Assembly (NCBI RefSeq): GCF_006345805.1
Contig: NW_021836309.1
Location: forward strand, 2,922-66,921
Direction of reading: 5' to 3'
Length of the DNA: 64,000 nt
Source of the DNA: Octopus sinensis
Taxonomy: Eukaryota
In this document: positions 40,545 through 58,021 of the stretch, in pieces
How positions within the stretch are numbered: position 1 is the stretch's first letter
Layout of the letters: every line of letters starts with the position of its first letter
Translations under genes and position numbers: made by a program
The notes under the pieces: generated by a model
Told to the model about the DNA's origin: nothing
The model's database searches: none
Seen by the model: only the letters and a program-made list of their open reading frames with translations

Positions 40545-40928
40545 GTGTGTCTATTATGTATGTGTACATGTATGTGTGTATGTATGTATGTATGTATGTG
40601 TGTGTGTATGTATGTAAGTATGTATGTATGTATGTATGTATGTAAGTATGTGTGTATGTATGTATGTATGTATGTATGTATGTATGTATGTAGTGTGTAT
40701 GTATGTATGTGTATGTATGTATGTATGGATGTGTCTATTATGTATGTGTTTATGTATGTGTGCATGTATGTATGTATGTATATATGTATGTATGTATGTA
40801 TGAATGAATGTATGTATGTATGTATATATGTATGCATGTTTGTATGTATGTACGTATTTTATGTATGTATGTATGTATGTATGCAGGCATGTATGTATGT
40901 ATGTATGCATGTATGTATGTATGTATGG

Positions 40929-40959
<31 letters not shown>

Positions 40960-43900
40960 CATGAATGTATGTATGTATATATGTATGCATGCATGTTTGT
41001 ATGTATGTATATATGCATGTATGTATGTAGGTATGAATGTATGTATATATATGTATGTGTGTATGTATCTATGTATGTATGTATGCATGTATGTATATAT
41101 GTATGCATGTATGTATGTTTGTATGTGTGTATGTATGTATATATGCATTCATGTATGTATGTATGTGTGTATGTATGTATGCATGCCTGTATGTATGTAT
41201 GTGTGTATGTATGCATGTATGTATGTATGTATGTATGTATGCATGTATGTATGTATGTATGCATGTATGTATGCATGAATGTATGCATGTGTGTATGTAT
41301 GTATATATGCATGTATGTATGTATATATGTATGTGTATGTATGTATGCATGCATGTATGTATGTAAGTATGTGTGTATGTAAGTATGTATGTATGTATGT
41401 ATGTATGTATATGTATGCATGCATGTATGTATGTATGTATGTGTGTATGTATGTATGTATGTATGTATCTATGTATGTGTGTATGTATGTATGTATGTAT
41501 GTGTGTGTCTATTATATATGTGTGTATGTATGTCTGTATGTATGTATGTATGTATGCATGTATGCATGTATGTATGTATGTGTGTATGTCTGTGTGTATG
41601 TATGTATGCATGTATGTATATATGCATGCATGTATGTATGTATGTATGTATGTATGCATGTATGTATGTATGTATGTATGTATATATGTATGCATGTATG
41701 TATGTATGTATGCATGTATGTATGTATGCATGAATGTATGCATGTATGTATGTATGTATAAATGAGTGTATGTATGTATGTATGTATGTGTGTATGTATG
41801 TATGCATGCATGTATGTATGTATGTATGTGTGTATGTAAGTATGTATGTATGTATGCATGTATGTATGTATGTATGCATGCATGTATGTATTTATGTATG
41901 TGTGTATGTATGTATGTATGTATGTATCTATGTATGTGTGTATGTATGTATGTATGTATGTGTGTGTCTATTATATATGTGTGTATGTATGTGTGTATGT
42001 ATGTTTGTATGTATGTATGTATGTTTGTATGTATCTATGTATGTGTGTATGTATGTACGTAAGTATATGTGTATGTATGTATGTATGTATGTATGTGTGT
42101 ATGTATGTATGTATGTATGTATGTATGTGTGTATGTATGCATGTATGTATTTACATGTGTATGTATGTATCTATGTATGTATGTATGTATGTATGTATGT
42201 GTTTGTCTGTTATATATGTGTGTATGTATGTGTGTATGTATGTATGTATGTATATTTGTATGTATGTATGTATGTGTGTATGTATGTATGTAAGTATGTG
42301 TGTATGTATGGGTGTATGTATGCATGTATGTATGTATGTTTGTATGCATGTATATATGTATGTATGTATGTTTGTATGTATGTATATATGTATGTATGTA
42401 TGCATGTATGTATGTATGTATATATGTATGTATGTTTGTATGTATGTATGTATGTATGTATATATGTATGTATGTATGTATGTTTGTATGTATGTATATA
42501 TGTATGTATGTATGTATGTATGTAGGTATGCATGTATGTATGTATGTATGTATGTATGCATGTACGTATATATGTATTTATACATGTATGTTTGTATGTA
42601 TGTATGTGTGTAGGTAGGTATGTATGTATCTATGTGTGTATGTATGTATGTATGTATGTTTGCATGTATGTATGTATGTAAGTATGTATGCATGTATGTA
42701 TGTATGAATGTATGCATGCATGCATGTATGTATGTATGTATGTATGTATGTATGCTTACCTGCATGTATGTATGTATGTATGTATGTGTGTATGTATGTA
42801 TGTATGTTTGTATGTATGTATGTTTGCATGTATCTATGTTTGTATGCATGCATGTATGTATGTATGTATGTATGTGTGTATGTATGTATGTATGCATGTA
42901 TGTATGTATGTATGTGTGTATGTATGTGTGTATGTATGTATGCATGTATGTATATATGCATGCATGTATGTATGCATGTATATATGTATGAATGTATGCA
43001 TGTATGTATGTATGTATATATGCATGTATGTATGTATGTATGTATGTATGTATGTGTGTATGTATGTATGCATGCATGTATGTATGTATGTATGTGTGTA
43101 TGTAGTATGTATGTATTATGCAGTATGTATGTATGTATGTTGTATGTATGTATGTATGTGAGTATTATGTATGTATGTATCTATGTATGTGTGTATGTAT
43201 GTATGTATGTATATGTGTGTCTATTATATATGTGTGTATGTATGTGTGTATGTATGTATGTATGTATGCATGTATGCATGTATGTATGTATGTGTGTATG
43301 TCTGTGTGTATGTATGTATGCATGTATGTATATATGCATGCATGTATGTATGTATGTATCTATGTATGTATGCATGTATGTATGTATGTATGTATATATG
43401 TATGCATGTATGTATGTATGTATGCATGTATGTATGTATGCATGAATGTATGCATGTATGTATGTATGTATAAATGAGTGTATGTATGTATGTATGTATG
43501 TATGTGTGTATGTATGTACGCATGCATGTATGTATGTATGTATGTTTGTATGTAAGTATGTATGTATGTATGCATGTATGTATGTATGTATGCATGCATG
43601 TAGTATGTATGTATGTATGTGGTGTATGTATGTATGTATGTATGTATCTATGTATGTGTGTATGTGTATGTATGTATGTGTGTGTCTATTATATATGTGT
43701 GTATGTATGTGTGTATGTATGTTGTATGTATGTATGTATGTTTGTATGTATCTATGTATGTTGATATGTATGTACGTAAGTATATGTTGTATGTATGTAT
43801 GTATGTATGTATGTATGTATTAATGTATGTCTGTGTGTATGTATGTGTGTATGTATGTATGTGTGTATGTATGCATGTATGTATTTACATGTGTATGTAT

Positions 43901-45652
43901 GTATCTATGTATGTATGCATGTATGTATGTGTTTGCCTGTTATATATGTTGTATGGGTGTGTATCTATGTATGTATGTATATTTGTATGTATGTATGTAC
44001 GTGTGTATGTATGTATGTAAGTATGTGTGTATGTATGTTTGTATGTATGTGTGTATGTATGTATGTATGTGTGTATGTATGCATGTATGTATGTATGTTT
44101 TGTATGCATGTATATATATGTATGTATGTTTGTATGTATGTATATATGTATGTATGTATGTATGCATGTATGTATGTATGTATATATGTATGTATGTATG
44201 TTTGTATGTATGTATGTATGTATATATGTATGTTTGTATGTATGTTTGTATGTATGTATATATGTATGTATGTATGTATGTAGGTATGCATGTATGTATG
44301 TATGTATGTATGTATGTATGTATGCATGTACGTATATATGTATTTATACATGTATGTTTGTATGTATGTATGTGTGTAGGTAGGTATGTATGTATGTATC
44401 TATGTGTGTATGTATGTATGTATGTTTGCATGTATGTATGTATGTATGTACGTATATATGCATGTATATATGTATGAATGTATGCATGCATTCATGTATG
44501 TATGTATGTATGTATGTATGCTTACCTGCATGTATGTATGTATGTATGTTGTATGTATGTATGTTGTGTTTGTATGTATGTATGTTTGCATGTATTATGT
44601 ATGTATGCATGCATGTATGTATGTATGTATGTATGTATGTATGTGTATGTATGTATGTATGCATGTATGTATGTATGTTATGTGTGTATGTATGTATGTG
44701 TGTATGTATGTATGCATGTATGTATATATGCATGCATGTATGTATGTATGTATGCATGTATGTATGTATGTATGATGTATGTATGCATGTATGTTGTATG
44801 TATGCATGTATGTATGCATGAAGTATGCATGTATGTATGTATGTATATATGCATGTATGTTGTATGTTGTATGTATGTATGTATGTGTGTATGTATGTAT
44901 CCATGCATGTATGTATGTATGTATGTGTGTATGTAAGTATGTATGTATGTATGTATGTATGTATGTGTGTATGTATGTATGCATGAATGTATGTATGTAT
45001 ATATGTATTCATGCATTTTGTATGTATGTTATATGCATGTATGTATGTATGTATGAAAGTATGTATGTATATTGTATGTGTGTATGTATGTATGTATGTA
45101 TGTATGCATGTATGTATATATGTATGCATGTATGTATGTTTGTATGTGTGTATGTATGTATATATGCATTCATGTATGTATGTATGTGTGTATGTATGTA
45201 TGCATGCCTGTATGTATGTATGTGTGTATGTATGTATGTATGTATGTATGCATGTATGTATGTATGTAAGTGTGTAAATATGTATGTATGTATGTATGTG
45301 TGTGTCTATTATGTATGTGTGTATGTATGTGTGTATGTATGTATATATGCATGTGTGTATGTATGTATGTCTGTATGTATGTATATATGCATGTATGTAT
45401 GTGTGTATGTTTTTATGTATGCATGCATGTATGTATGTATGTATGTATGTAATATGTATGTGTGTATGTGTGTATCTATGTTTGTATGTATGTATGAATG
45501 TATGTATGCATGTAAGCATGTATGTATGTATGTATGTATGCATGTATGTATGTATGTATGTGTGTAGGTATGTATGTATGCATGTATGTATGTATGTATG
45601 CATGTATGTATGTATGTTTGTATGCATGTGTGTTTGTATGTTTGTAAGTATG

Positions 45653-45686
<34 letters not shown>

Positions 45687-47521
45687 GGTATACATGTATG
45701 TATGTATGTATGTATGCATGTACGTATGTATGTATTTATACATGTATGTATGTATGTATGTATGTAGGTAGGTATGCATGTATGTATGTATCTATGTGTG
45801 TATGTATGTATGTATGTTTGCATGTATGTATGTATGTACGTATGTATGCATGTATGTATGTTTGTACATGTGTATGTATGTATATATGTATGTATGTATG
45901 TATGTGTGTGTCTATTATGTATGTTTGTATGTATGTATGTGGTAGGTATGTATGTATGTATGTATCTATGTATGTATGTATGTATGTATGTATGTATGTA
46001 TGTATGTATGTATGTATGTATGCATGTATGTATGTATGTATGTATGCATGCTGCATGTATGTATGTATGTATGTATGTATGTATGCTTACCTGCATGTAT
46101 GTATGTATGTATGTTGTGTATGTATGTATGTATGTTTGTATGTCTGTATGTTTGTATGTATCTATGTTTGTATGTATGCATTGTATGTATGTATGTATGT
46201 ATGGTGTGTATGTATGTATGTATGTATGCATGTATGTATGTATGTATGTGATGTATGTATGTGTGTATGTATGTATGCATGTATGTATATATGCATGCGT
46301 GTATGTATGTATGTATGTATGTATGCATGTATGTATGTATGTATGTATGTATACATGTATGCATGTATGTATGTATTTATATGCATGTATGTATGCATGT
46401 ATGTATGCATGTATGTATGTAATTGCTGTATGTATCTATGTATGTATGTATGTATGTATGTATGTATGTATGCATGCATGTATGTATGTATGTATGTGTG
46501 TATGTAAGTATGTATGTATGTATGCATGTAATGCATGTATGTATGCATGCATGTATGTATTATGTATGTTGTATGTATGTATGTATGTATGTATGTATGT
46601 ATGTGTTGTATGTATGTATGTATGTATGTATGTGTGTATGTTTGTGTATAATTATATATGTGGTGTATGTATGTGGTGTATGTATGTATGTATGTAATGT
46701 ATGTATGCATGTATGTATGTAATGTGTGTATGTTGTGTGTATGTATGTATGCATGTATGTATATATGCATGCATGTATGTATGTATGTATGTATGCATGC
46801 ATTTATGTATGTATGTATGTATGTATATATGTATGCATGTATGTATGTATGTATGCATGTATGTATGTATGCATGAATGTATGCATGTATGTATGTATGT
46901 ATAAATGAGTGTATGTATGTATGTATGTATGTATGTGTGTATGTATGTATGCATGCATGTATGTATGTATGTATGTGTGTATGTATGTATGTATGTATGT
47001 ATCTATGTATGTGTGTATGTATGTATGTATGTATGTGTGTGTCTATTATATATGTGTGTATGTATGTGTGTATGTATGTTTGTATGTATGTATGTATGTT
47101 TGTATGTATCTATGTATGTGTGTATGTATGTACGTAAGTATATGTGTATGTATGTATGTATGTATGTATGTATGTATGTGTGTATGCATGTATGTATGCA
47201 TGTGTGTATGTATACATGTATGTATTTACATGTGTATGTATGTATCTATGTATGTATGTATGTATGTATGTGTTTGTCTGTTATATATGTGTGTATGTAT
47301 GTGTGTATGTATGTATGTATATTTGTATGTATGTATGTATGTGTGTATGTATGTATGTAAGTATGTGTGTATGTATGTTTATATGTATGTGTGTATGTAT
47401 GTATATATGTATGTATGTATGTATGCATGTATGTATGTATGTATATATGTATGTATGTATGTTTTTATGTATGTATGTATGTATGTATATATGTATGTAT
47501 GTATGTATGTTTGTATGTACG

Positions 47522-47555
<34 letters not shown>

Positions 47556-49608
47556 GGTATGCATGTATGTATGTATGTATGTATGTATGCATGTACGTAT
47601 ATATGTATTTATACAGGTATGTTTGTTTGTATGTATGTGTGTAGGTAGGTATGTATGTATGTATCTATGTTTGTATGTATGTATGTATGTATGTTTGCAT
47701 GTATGTATGTATGTACGTATGTATGCATGTATGTATGTATGAATGTATGCATGCATGCATGTATGTATGTATGTATGTATGTATGCTTACCTGCATGTTT
47801 GTATGTATGTATGTATGTGTGTATGTATGTATGTATGTTTGTATGTATGTATGTTTGCATGTATCTATGTATGTATGCATGCATGTATGTATGTATGGAT
47901 GTATGTGTGTATGTATGTATGTATGCATGTATGCATGTATGTATGTATGTGTGTATGTATGTGTGTATGTATGTATGCATGTATGTATATATACATGCAT
48001 GTATGTATGTATGTATGTATGCATGTATGTATGTATGTATGTATGTATGTATGCATGTATGTATGTATGTATGCATGTATGTATGCATGAATGTATGCAT
48101 GGATGTATGTATGTATATATGCATGTATGTATGTATGTATGTATGTATGTATGTGTGTATGTATGTATGCATGCATGTATGTATGTATGTATGTGTGTAT
48201 GTAAGTATGTATGTATGTATGCATGTATGTATGTATGTATGCATGCATGTATGTATGTATGTATGTGTGTATGTATGTATGTATGTATCTATGTATGTGT
48301 GTATGTATGTATGTATGTATGTGTGTGTCTATTATATATGTGTGTATGTATGTGTGTATGTATGTATGTATGTATGTTTGTATGTATGTATGTATGTGTG
48401 TATGTATGTATGTAAATATGTGTGTATGTATGTATGTGTGTATGTATGTGTGTATGTATGTATGTATGTATGTGTGTATGTATGCATGTATGTATGTACA
48501 TGTGTATGTATGTATCTATGTATGTATGTATGTATGTGTGTGTCTATTATATATGTGTGTATGTATGTGTGTATGTATGTATGTATGTTTGTATGTATGT
48601 ATGTATGTGTGTATGTATGTATGTACGTATGTGTGTATGTATGTATGTATGTATGTGTGTATGTATGTATGTATGTATGTGTGTATGTATGCATGTATGT
48701 ATGTTTGTATGTATGTATGTGTGTATGTATGTATGCATGTATGTATGTATGTATGCATCTATGTATGTATGTATGTATGCATGTATGTTTGTATGTATGG
48801 TTGTATGTATGCATGTATGTATGTATATATGTATGTATGCATGTATGTATGTATGTATGTATGTGTGTATGTACGTATGTATGTATGTGTGTGTGTCTAT
48901 TATGTATGTGTGTATGTATAAGTGTATGTATGTATGTATGTATGCATGTTTGTATGTATGTATGTATGTACGTATGTATGTATGTATGTAAGTATGTGTG
49001 TATGTACTTATTGATGTATGTATGTGTGTATGTATGTATGTGTGTATTATGTATGTATGTATTTGTGTATGTATGTATATATGTATGTATGTGTGTGTCT
49101 ATTATGTATTATGTATGCATGTATGTATGTATGTATGCATGTATGGCATGTATGTATGTATGTGTGTATGTATGTAGATGTATGTATGTATGTAGTGTGT
49201 CTATTATGTATGTGTACATGTATGTGTGTATGTATGTATTTATATATGTGTTGTGTGTATGTATGTAAGTATGTATGTGTGTATTATTGTATGTAAGTAT
49301 GTGTGTATGTATGTATGTATGTATGTATGTCATTATATGTATGTATGTATGTATGTGTGTATGTGTGTATGTATGTACATGTGTATGTATGTATGTATGG
49401 ATGTGTCTATTATGTATATGTGTGTATGTATGTGTGCATGTATGTATGTATGTATGTATATATGTATGTATGTATGAATGAATGTATGTATGTATATATT
49501 GTATATATGTATGCATGTTTGTATGTATGTACGAATTATGTATGTATGTATGTATGTATGCAGGCATGTATGTATGTATGTATGTATGCATGTATGTATA
49601 TGTATGTC

Positions 49609-49639
<31 letters not shown>

Positions 49640-50652
49640 GCATGAATGTATGTATGTATATATGTATGTATGCATGTCATGTTTGTATGTATGTATATAT
49701 GCATGTATGTATGTAGGAATGATGTATGTTATATATATGTATGTGTGTATGTATCTATGTATGTATGTATGCATGTATGTATGTATGTATGCATGTATGT
49801 ATGTTTGTATGTGTGTATGTATGTATATATGCATTCATGTATGTATGTATGTGTGTATGTATGTATGCATGCCTGTATGTATGTATGTATGTGTGTATGT
49901 ATGTATGTATGTATGTATGCATGTATGTATGTATGTAAGTGTGTATGTATGTATGTATGTATGTATGTGTGTGTCTATTATGTATGTGTGTATGTATGTG
50001 TGTATGTATGTATATATGCATGTGTGTATGTATGTATGTCTGTATGTATGTATATATGTATGTATGTATGTATGTGTGTATGTTTTTATGTATGCATGCA
50101 TGTATGTATGTATGTATGTATGTATGTGTGCATGTGTGTATCTATGTGTGTATGTATGTATGAATGTATGTATGCATGTAAGCATGTATGTATGTATGTA
50201 TGCATGTATGTATGTATGTATGTGTGTAGGTGTGTATGTATGCATGTATGTATGTTGTATGTATGTATGTATGCATGTATGTATGTATGTTTGTATGCAT
50301 GTGTGTTTGTATGTTTGTAAGTATGTATATATGTATGTATGTATGTTTGTAGGTATACATGTATGTATGTATGTATGTATGTATGCATGTACGTATGTAT
50401 GTATTTATACATGTATGTATGTATGTATGTATGTATGTATGTAGGTAGGTATGCATGTATGTATGTATCTATGTGTGTATGTATGTATGTATGTTTGCAT
50501 GTATGTATGTATGTACGTATGTATGCATGTATGTATGTTTGTACATGTGTATGTATGTATATATGTATGTATGTATGTATGTGTGTGTCTATTATGTATG
50601 TGTGTATGTATGTATATATGCATGTATGTATGTATGTATGCCTGTATGTATG

Positions 50653-50686
<34 letters not shown>

Positions 50687-51915
50687 TGTGTGTATGTATG
50701 TATGTATGCATGCATGTATGTATGTATGTATGTATATATGTATGTATGTATGTATGTAGGTATGCATGTATGTATGTATGTATGTATGTATGTATGTATG
50801 TATGCATGTACGTATATATGTATTTATACATGTATGTTTGTATGTATGTATGTGTGTAGGTAGGTATGTATGTATGTATCTATGTATGTATGTATGTATG
50901 TATGTTTGTATGTATGTATGTATGTACATATGTATGCATGTATGTATGTATGAATGTATGCATGCATGCATGTATGTATGTATGTATGTATGTATGTATG
51001 TATGCTTACCTGCATGTATGTTTGTATGTGTGTATGTGTGTATGTATGTATGTATGCATGTATGTATGTATGTATGCATCTATGTATGTATGTATGTATG
51101 TATGTATGTATGTTTGTATGTATGGTTGTATGTATGCATGTATGTATGTATATATGTATGTATGCATGTATGTATGTATGTATGTATGTGTGTATGTACG
51201 TATGTATGTATGTGTGTGTGTCTATTATGTATGTGTGTATGTATAAGTGTATGTATGTAAGTATGTATGCATGTTTGTATGTATGTATGTATGTACATAT
51301 GTATGTATGTATGTAAGTATGTGTGTATGTACTTATTGATGTATGTATGTGTGTATGTATGTATGTGTGTATTATGTATGTATGTATTTGTGTATGTATG
51401 TATATATGTATGTATGTGTGTGTCTATTATGTATTATGTATGCATGTATGTATGTATGTATGCATGTATGCATGTATGTATGTATGTGTGTATGTATGTA
51501 TGTATGTATGTATGTATGTGTGTGTCTATTATGTATGTGTACATGTATGTGTGTATGTATGTATTTATGTATGTGTGTGTGTATGTATGTAAGTATGTAT
51601 GTGTGTATGTATGTATGTAAGTATGTGTGTATGTATGTATGTATGTATGTTTGTATGTATGTATCTATGTATGTGTGTATGTGTGTATGTATGTACATGT
51701 GTATGTATGTATGTATGGATGTGTCTATTATGTATGTGTGTATGTATGTGTGCATGTATGTATGTATGTATGTATATATGTATGTATGAATGAATGTACG
51801 TATGTATGTATGTATATATGTATGCATGTGTGTATGTATGTACGATTTTATGTATGTATGTATGTATGAGGCATGTATGTATGTATGTATGTATGCATGT
51901 ATGTATGATGTATGC

Positions 51916-51946
<31 letters not shown>

Positions 51947-52949
51947 CATGAATGTATGTATGTATATATGTATGTATGCATGCATGTTTGTATGTATGTA
52001 TATATGCATGTATGTATGTAGGAATGAATGTATGTATATATATGTATGTGTGTATGTATCTATGTATGTATGTATGCATGTATGTATGTATGTATGCATG
52101 TATGTATGTTTGTATGTGTGTATGTATGTATATATGCATTCATGTTTGTATGTATGTGTGTATGTATGTATGCATGCCTGTATGTATGTATGCATGTGTG
52201 TATGTATGTATGTATGTATGTATGCATGTATGTATGTATGTAAGTGTGTATGTATGTATGTATGTGTGTGTCTATTATGTATGTGTGTATGTATGTGTGT
52301 ATGTATGTATATATGCATGTGTGTATGTATGTATGTATGTATGTATGTATATATGTAAGTATGTATGTATGTGTGTATGTTTTTATGTATGCATGCATGT
52401 ATGTATGTATGTATTTATGTATGTGTGCATATGTGTATCTATGTGTGTATGTATGTATGAATGTATGTATGCATGTAAGCATGTATGTATGTATGTATGC
52501 ATGTATGTATGTATGTATGTGTGTAGGTGTGTATGTATGCATGTATGTATGTATGTATGTATGTATGCATGTATGTATGTATGTTTGTATGCATGTGTGT
52601 TTGTATGTTTGTAAGTATGTATATATGTATGTATGTATGTATGAATGTAGGTATACATGTATGTATGTATGTATGTATGTATGCATGTACGTATGTATGT
52701 ATTTATACATGTATGTATGTATGTATGTATGTATGTAGGTAGGTATGCATGTATGTATGTATCTATGTGTGTATGCATGTATGTATGTTTGCATGTATGT
52801 ATGTATGTACGTATGTATGCATGTATGTATGGTTGTACATGTGTATGTATGTATATATGTATGTATGTATGTATGTATGTGTGTGTCTATGATGTATGTG
52901 TGTATGTATGTATATATGCATGTATGTATGTATGTATGCCGTATGTATG

Positions 52950-52980
<31 letters not shown>

Positions 52981-55900
52981 GTATGTGTGTGGTATGTATG
53001 TATGCATGCATGTATGTATGTATGTATGTATATATGTGGTATGTATGTAGGTAGCATGTATGTATGTATGTATGTATGTATGTAATGTATGCATGTACGT
53101 ATTATGTATTTATACATGTATGTTGTATGTATGTATGTGTGTAGGTAGGTATGTATGTATGTATCTATGTGTGTATGTATGTATGTATGTTTGTATGTAT
53201 GTATGTATGTACGTATGTATGCATGTATGTATGTATGAATGTATGCATGCATGCATGTATGTATGTATGTATGTATGTATGTATGTATGTATGTATGTAT
53301 GCTTACCTGCATGTATGTTTGTATGTATGTATGTGTGTATGTATGTATGTATGTTTGTATGTATGTATGTTTACATGTATCTATGTTTGTATGCATGCAT
53401 GTATGTATGTATGTATGTATGTGTGTATGTATGTATGTATGTATGCATGTATGTATGCATGTATGTGTGTATGTATGTGTGTATGTATGTATGCATGTAT
53501 GTATATATGCATGCGTGTATGTATGTATGTATGTATGCATGTATGTATGTATGTATGTATGTATTCATGTATGTATGTATGTATGCATGTATGTATGCAT
53601 GAATGTATGCATGTATGTATGTATGTATATATGCATGTATGTATGTATGTATGTATGTATGTATGTGTGTATGTATGTATGCATGCATGTATGTATGTAT
53701 GTGTGTATGTAAGTATGTATGTATGTATGCATGTATTCATGTATGTATGCATGCATGTATGTATGTATGTATGTGTGTATGTATGTATGTATGTATGTAT
53801 GTATCTATGTATGTGTGTATGTATGTATGTATGTATGTGTGTGTCTATTATATATGTGTGTATGTATGTGTGTATGTATGTATGTATGCATGTATGCATG
53901 TATGTATGTATGTGTGTATGTCTGTGTATGTATGTATGCATGTATGTATATATGATGCATGTATGTATGTATGTATGTAGTATGTATGTATGCATGTATG
54001 TATGTATGTATGTATATATGTATGCATGTATGTATGTATGTATGCATGTATGTATGTATGCATAATGTATGCATGTATGTATGTTATAAATGAGGTAGTG
54101 AGTGTATGTATGTATGTATGTATGTATTGTGTATGTATGTATGCATGTATGTATGTAGTATGTATGTGTGTATGTATGTATGTATGTATCTATGTATGTG
54201 TGTATGTATGTATGTATGTATGTGTGTGTCTATTATATATGTGTGTATGTATGTGGTGTATGTATGTTTGTATTAGTGTTATGTATTTTGTATGTATCTA
54301 TGTATGAGTGTATGTATGTACGTAATATGTGTGTATGTATGTATGTATGTATGTATGTATGTATGTATGTATGTGTGTATGTATGTATGTATGTATGTGT
54401 GTATGTATACATGATGTATTTACATGTGTTGTATGTATCTATGTATGTATGTATGTATTATGTATGTGTTTGTCTGTTATGTATGTGTGTATGTATGTGT
54501 GTATGTATGTATGTATGTATATTTGTATGTATGTATGTTGTATGTGTGTATGTATGTATGTAAGTATGTTTGTATGTATGTTTTATATGTATGTGTGTAT
54601 GTATGTATATATGTTGTATGTATGTATGCATGTATGTATGTGTATATATGTATGTATGTATGTTTGTATGTATGTATGTATGTATGTATATATGTATGTA
54701 TGTATGTATGTTTTGTATGTATGTATATATGTATGTATGTATGTATGTATGTAGGTATGCATGTATGTATGTATGTATGTATGTATGTATGCATGTACGT
54801 ATATATGTATTTATACAGGTATGTTTGTATGTATGTGTGTGTAGTAGGTATGTATGTATGTCTTTATTTTGTATGTATGTATGTATGTTTGCATGTATGT
54901 ATATATGTATGTATGTATGTATGCATGTATGTATGTATGAATGTATGCATGCTGCATGTATGTATGTATGTATGGTATGTATGCTTACCTGCATGTATTG
55001 TATGTATTATGTGTGTATGTATGTATGTATGTTTGTATGTATGTAGTTTTCATGTATCTATGTATGTATGCATGCATGTATGTATGTATGTATGTATGTG
55101 TGTATAATGTATGTATGTATGCTTTATGTAGTATGTATGTATGTGTGTAGTATGTGTGTGTGTATGTATGCATGTATGTATATATGCATGCATGTATGTA
55201 TGTATGTATGCATGTATGTATGTATGTATGTATGTATGCATGTATGTATGTATGTATGCATGTATGTATGCATGAATGTATGCATGTATGTATGTATGTA
55301 TATATGCATGTATGTATGTATGTATGTATGTATGTATGTATGTGTGTATGTATGTATGCATGCATGTATGTATGTATGTGTGTATGTAAGTATGTATGTA
55401 TGTATGCATGTATGTATGTATGTATGCATGCATGTATGTATGTATGTATGTGTGTATGTATGTATGTATGTATCTATGTATGTGTGTATGTATGTATGTA
55501 TGTATGTGTGTCGTCTATTATATGTGTGTATGTATGTGGTGTATGTATGTTGTTATGTAGTTTTGTATGTATGTATGTATGTGTGTATGTATGTATGTAA
55601 TATGTGTGTATGTATGTATGTATGTATGTGTGTATGTATGTATGTATGTGTGTATGTATGCATGTATGTATGTACATGTATGTATGTATGTATGTATGTA
55701 TGTATGTATGTTGTATGTGTGTGTCTATTATATATGTGTGTGTGTATGTGTGTATGTATGTATGTATGTTTGTATGTATGTATGTATGTGTGTATGTATT
55801 ATGTACGTATGTGTGTATGTATGTATGTATGTATGTGTGTATGTATGTATGTATGTATGTGTGTATGTATGCATGCATGTATGTACATGTGTATGTATGT

Positions 55901-56934
55901 ATCCATGTATGTATGTATGTATGTATGTATGTATGTACGTATTGTATGTGTGTGTGTGTCTATTATGTATGCGTGTATGTGTGTGTGTATGTATGTATAT
56001 ATGCATGTGCGTATGTATGTATGCCTGTATGTATACATGCATGTATGTATGTTTTTATGTATGTATGTGTGTATGTATGTATGCATGTATGTATGTATGT
56101 ATGCATCTATGTATGTATGTATGTATGCATGTATGTTTGTATGTATGGTTGTATGTATGCATGTGTGTATGTATATATGTATGTATGCATGTATGTATGT
56201 ATGTATGTATGTGTGTATGTACGTATGTATGTATGTGTGTGTGTCTATTATGTATGTGTGTATGTATAAGTGTATGTATGTATGTATGTATGTATGTTTG
56301 TATGTATGTATGTATGTACGTATGTATGTATGTATGTAAGTATGTGTGTATGTACTTATTGATGTATGTATGTGTGTATGTAAGTATGTGTGTATTATGT
56401 ATGTATGTATTTGTGTATGTATGTATATATGTATGTATGTGTGTGTCTATTATGTATTATGTATGCATGTATGTATGTATGCATGTATGCATGTATGTAT
56501 GTATGTGTGTATGTATGTATGTATGTATGTATGTATGTTTGTGTCTATTATGTATGTGTACATGTATGTGTGTATGTATGTATTTATGTATGTGTGTGTG
56601 TATGTATGGAAGTATGTATGTGTATGTATGATATTAAGTTGTGTGTATGTATGTATGTATGTATGTATGTATGTATGTATGTGTGTATGTGGTGTTGTAT
56701 GTATGTACATGTGTATGTATGTATGTATGGATGTGTCTATTATGTATGTGTGTATGTATGTGTGCATGTATGTATGTATGTATGTATATATGTATGTATG
56801 AATGAATGTATGTATGTATGTATGTATATATGTATGCATGTTTGTATGTATGTACGAATTTTATGTATGTATGTATGTATGTATGCAGGCATGTATGTAT
56901 GTATGTATGTATGCATGTATGTATGTATGTATGC

Positions 56935-56965
<31 letters not shown>

Positions 56966-57987
56966 CATGAATGTATGTATGTATATATGTATGTATGCAT
57001 GCATGTTTGTATGTATGTATATATGCATGTATGTATGTAGGAATGAATGTATGTATATATATGTATGTGTGTATGTATCTATGTATGGATGTATGCATGT
57101 ATGTATGTATGTATGCATGTATGTATGTTTGTATGTGTGTATGTATGTATATATGCATTCATGTATGTATGAATGTGTGTATGTATGTATGTATGCATGC
57201 CTGTATGTATGTATGTATGTGTGTATGTATGTATGTATGTATGTATGCATGTATGTATGTATGTAAGTGTGTATGTATGTATGTCTGTATGTATGTATAT
57301 ATGTATGTATGTATGTATGTGTGTATGTATGTGTGAATTAATGTATATATGCATGTGTGTATGTATGTATGTCTGTATGTATGTATATATGTATGTATGT
57401 ATGTATGTGTGTATGTTTTTATGTATGCATGCATGTATGTATGTATGTATGTATGTATGTATGTGTGTATGTGTGTATCTATGTGTGTATGTATGTATGA
57501 ATGTATGTATGCATGTAAGCATGTATGTATGTATGTATGCATGTATGTATGTATGTATGTGTGTAGGTGTGTATGTATGCATGTATGTATGTATGTATGT
57601 ATGCATGTATGTATGTATGTTTGTATGCATGTGTGTTTGTATGTTTGTAAGTATGTATATATGTATGTATGTATGTATGTAGGTATACATGTATGTATGT
57701 ATGTATGTATGCATGTACGTATGTATGTATTTATACATGTATGTATGTATGTATGTAGTATGTATTAGGTAGGTATGCATGTATGTATGTATCTATGTTG
57801 TATGTATGTATGTATGTTTGCATGTATGTATGTATGTACGTATGTATGCATGTATGTATGTTTGTACATGTGTATGTATGTATATATGTATGTATGTATG
57901 TATGTGTGTGTCTATTATGTATGTGTGTATGTATGTGTGTATGTATGTATATATGCATGTATGTATGTATGTATGCCTGTATGTATG

Positions 57988-58021
<34 letters not shown>

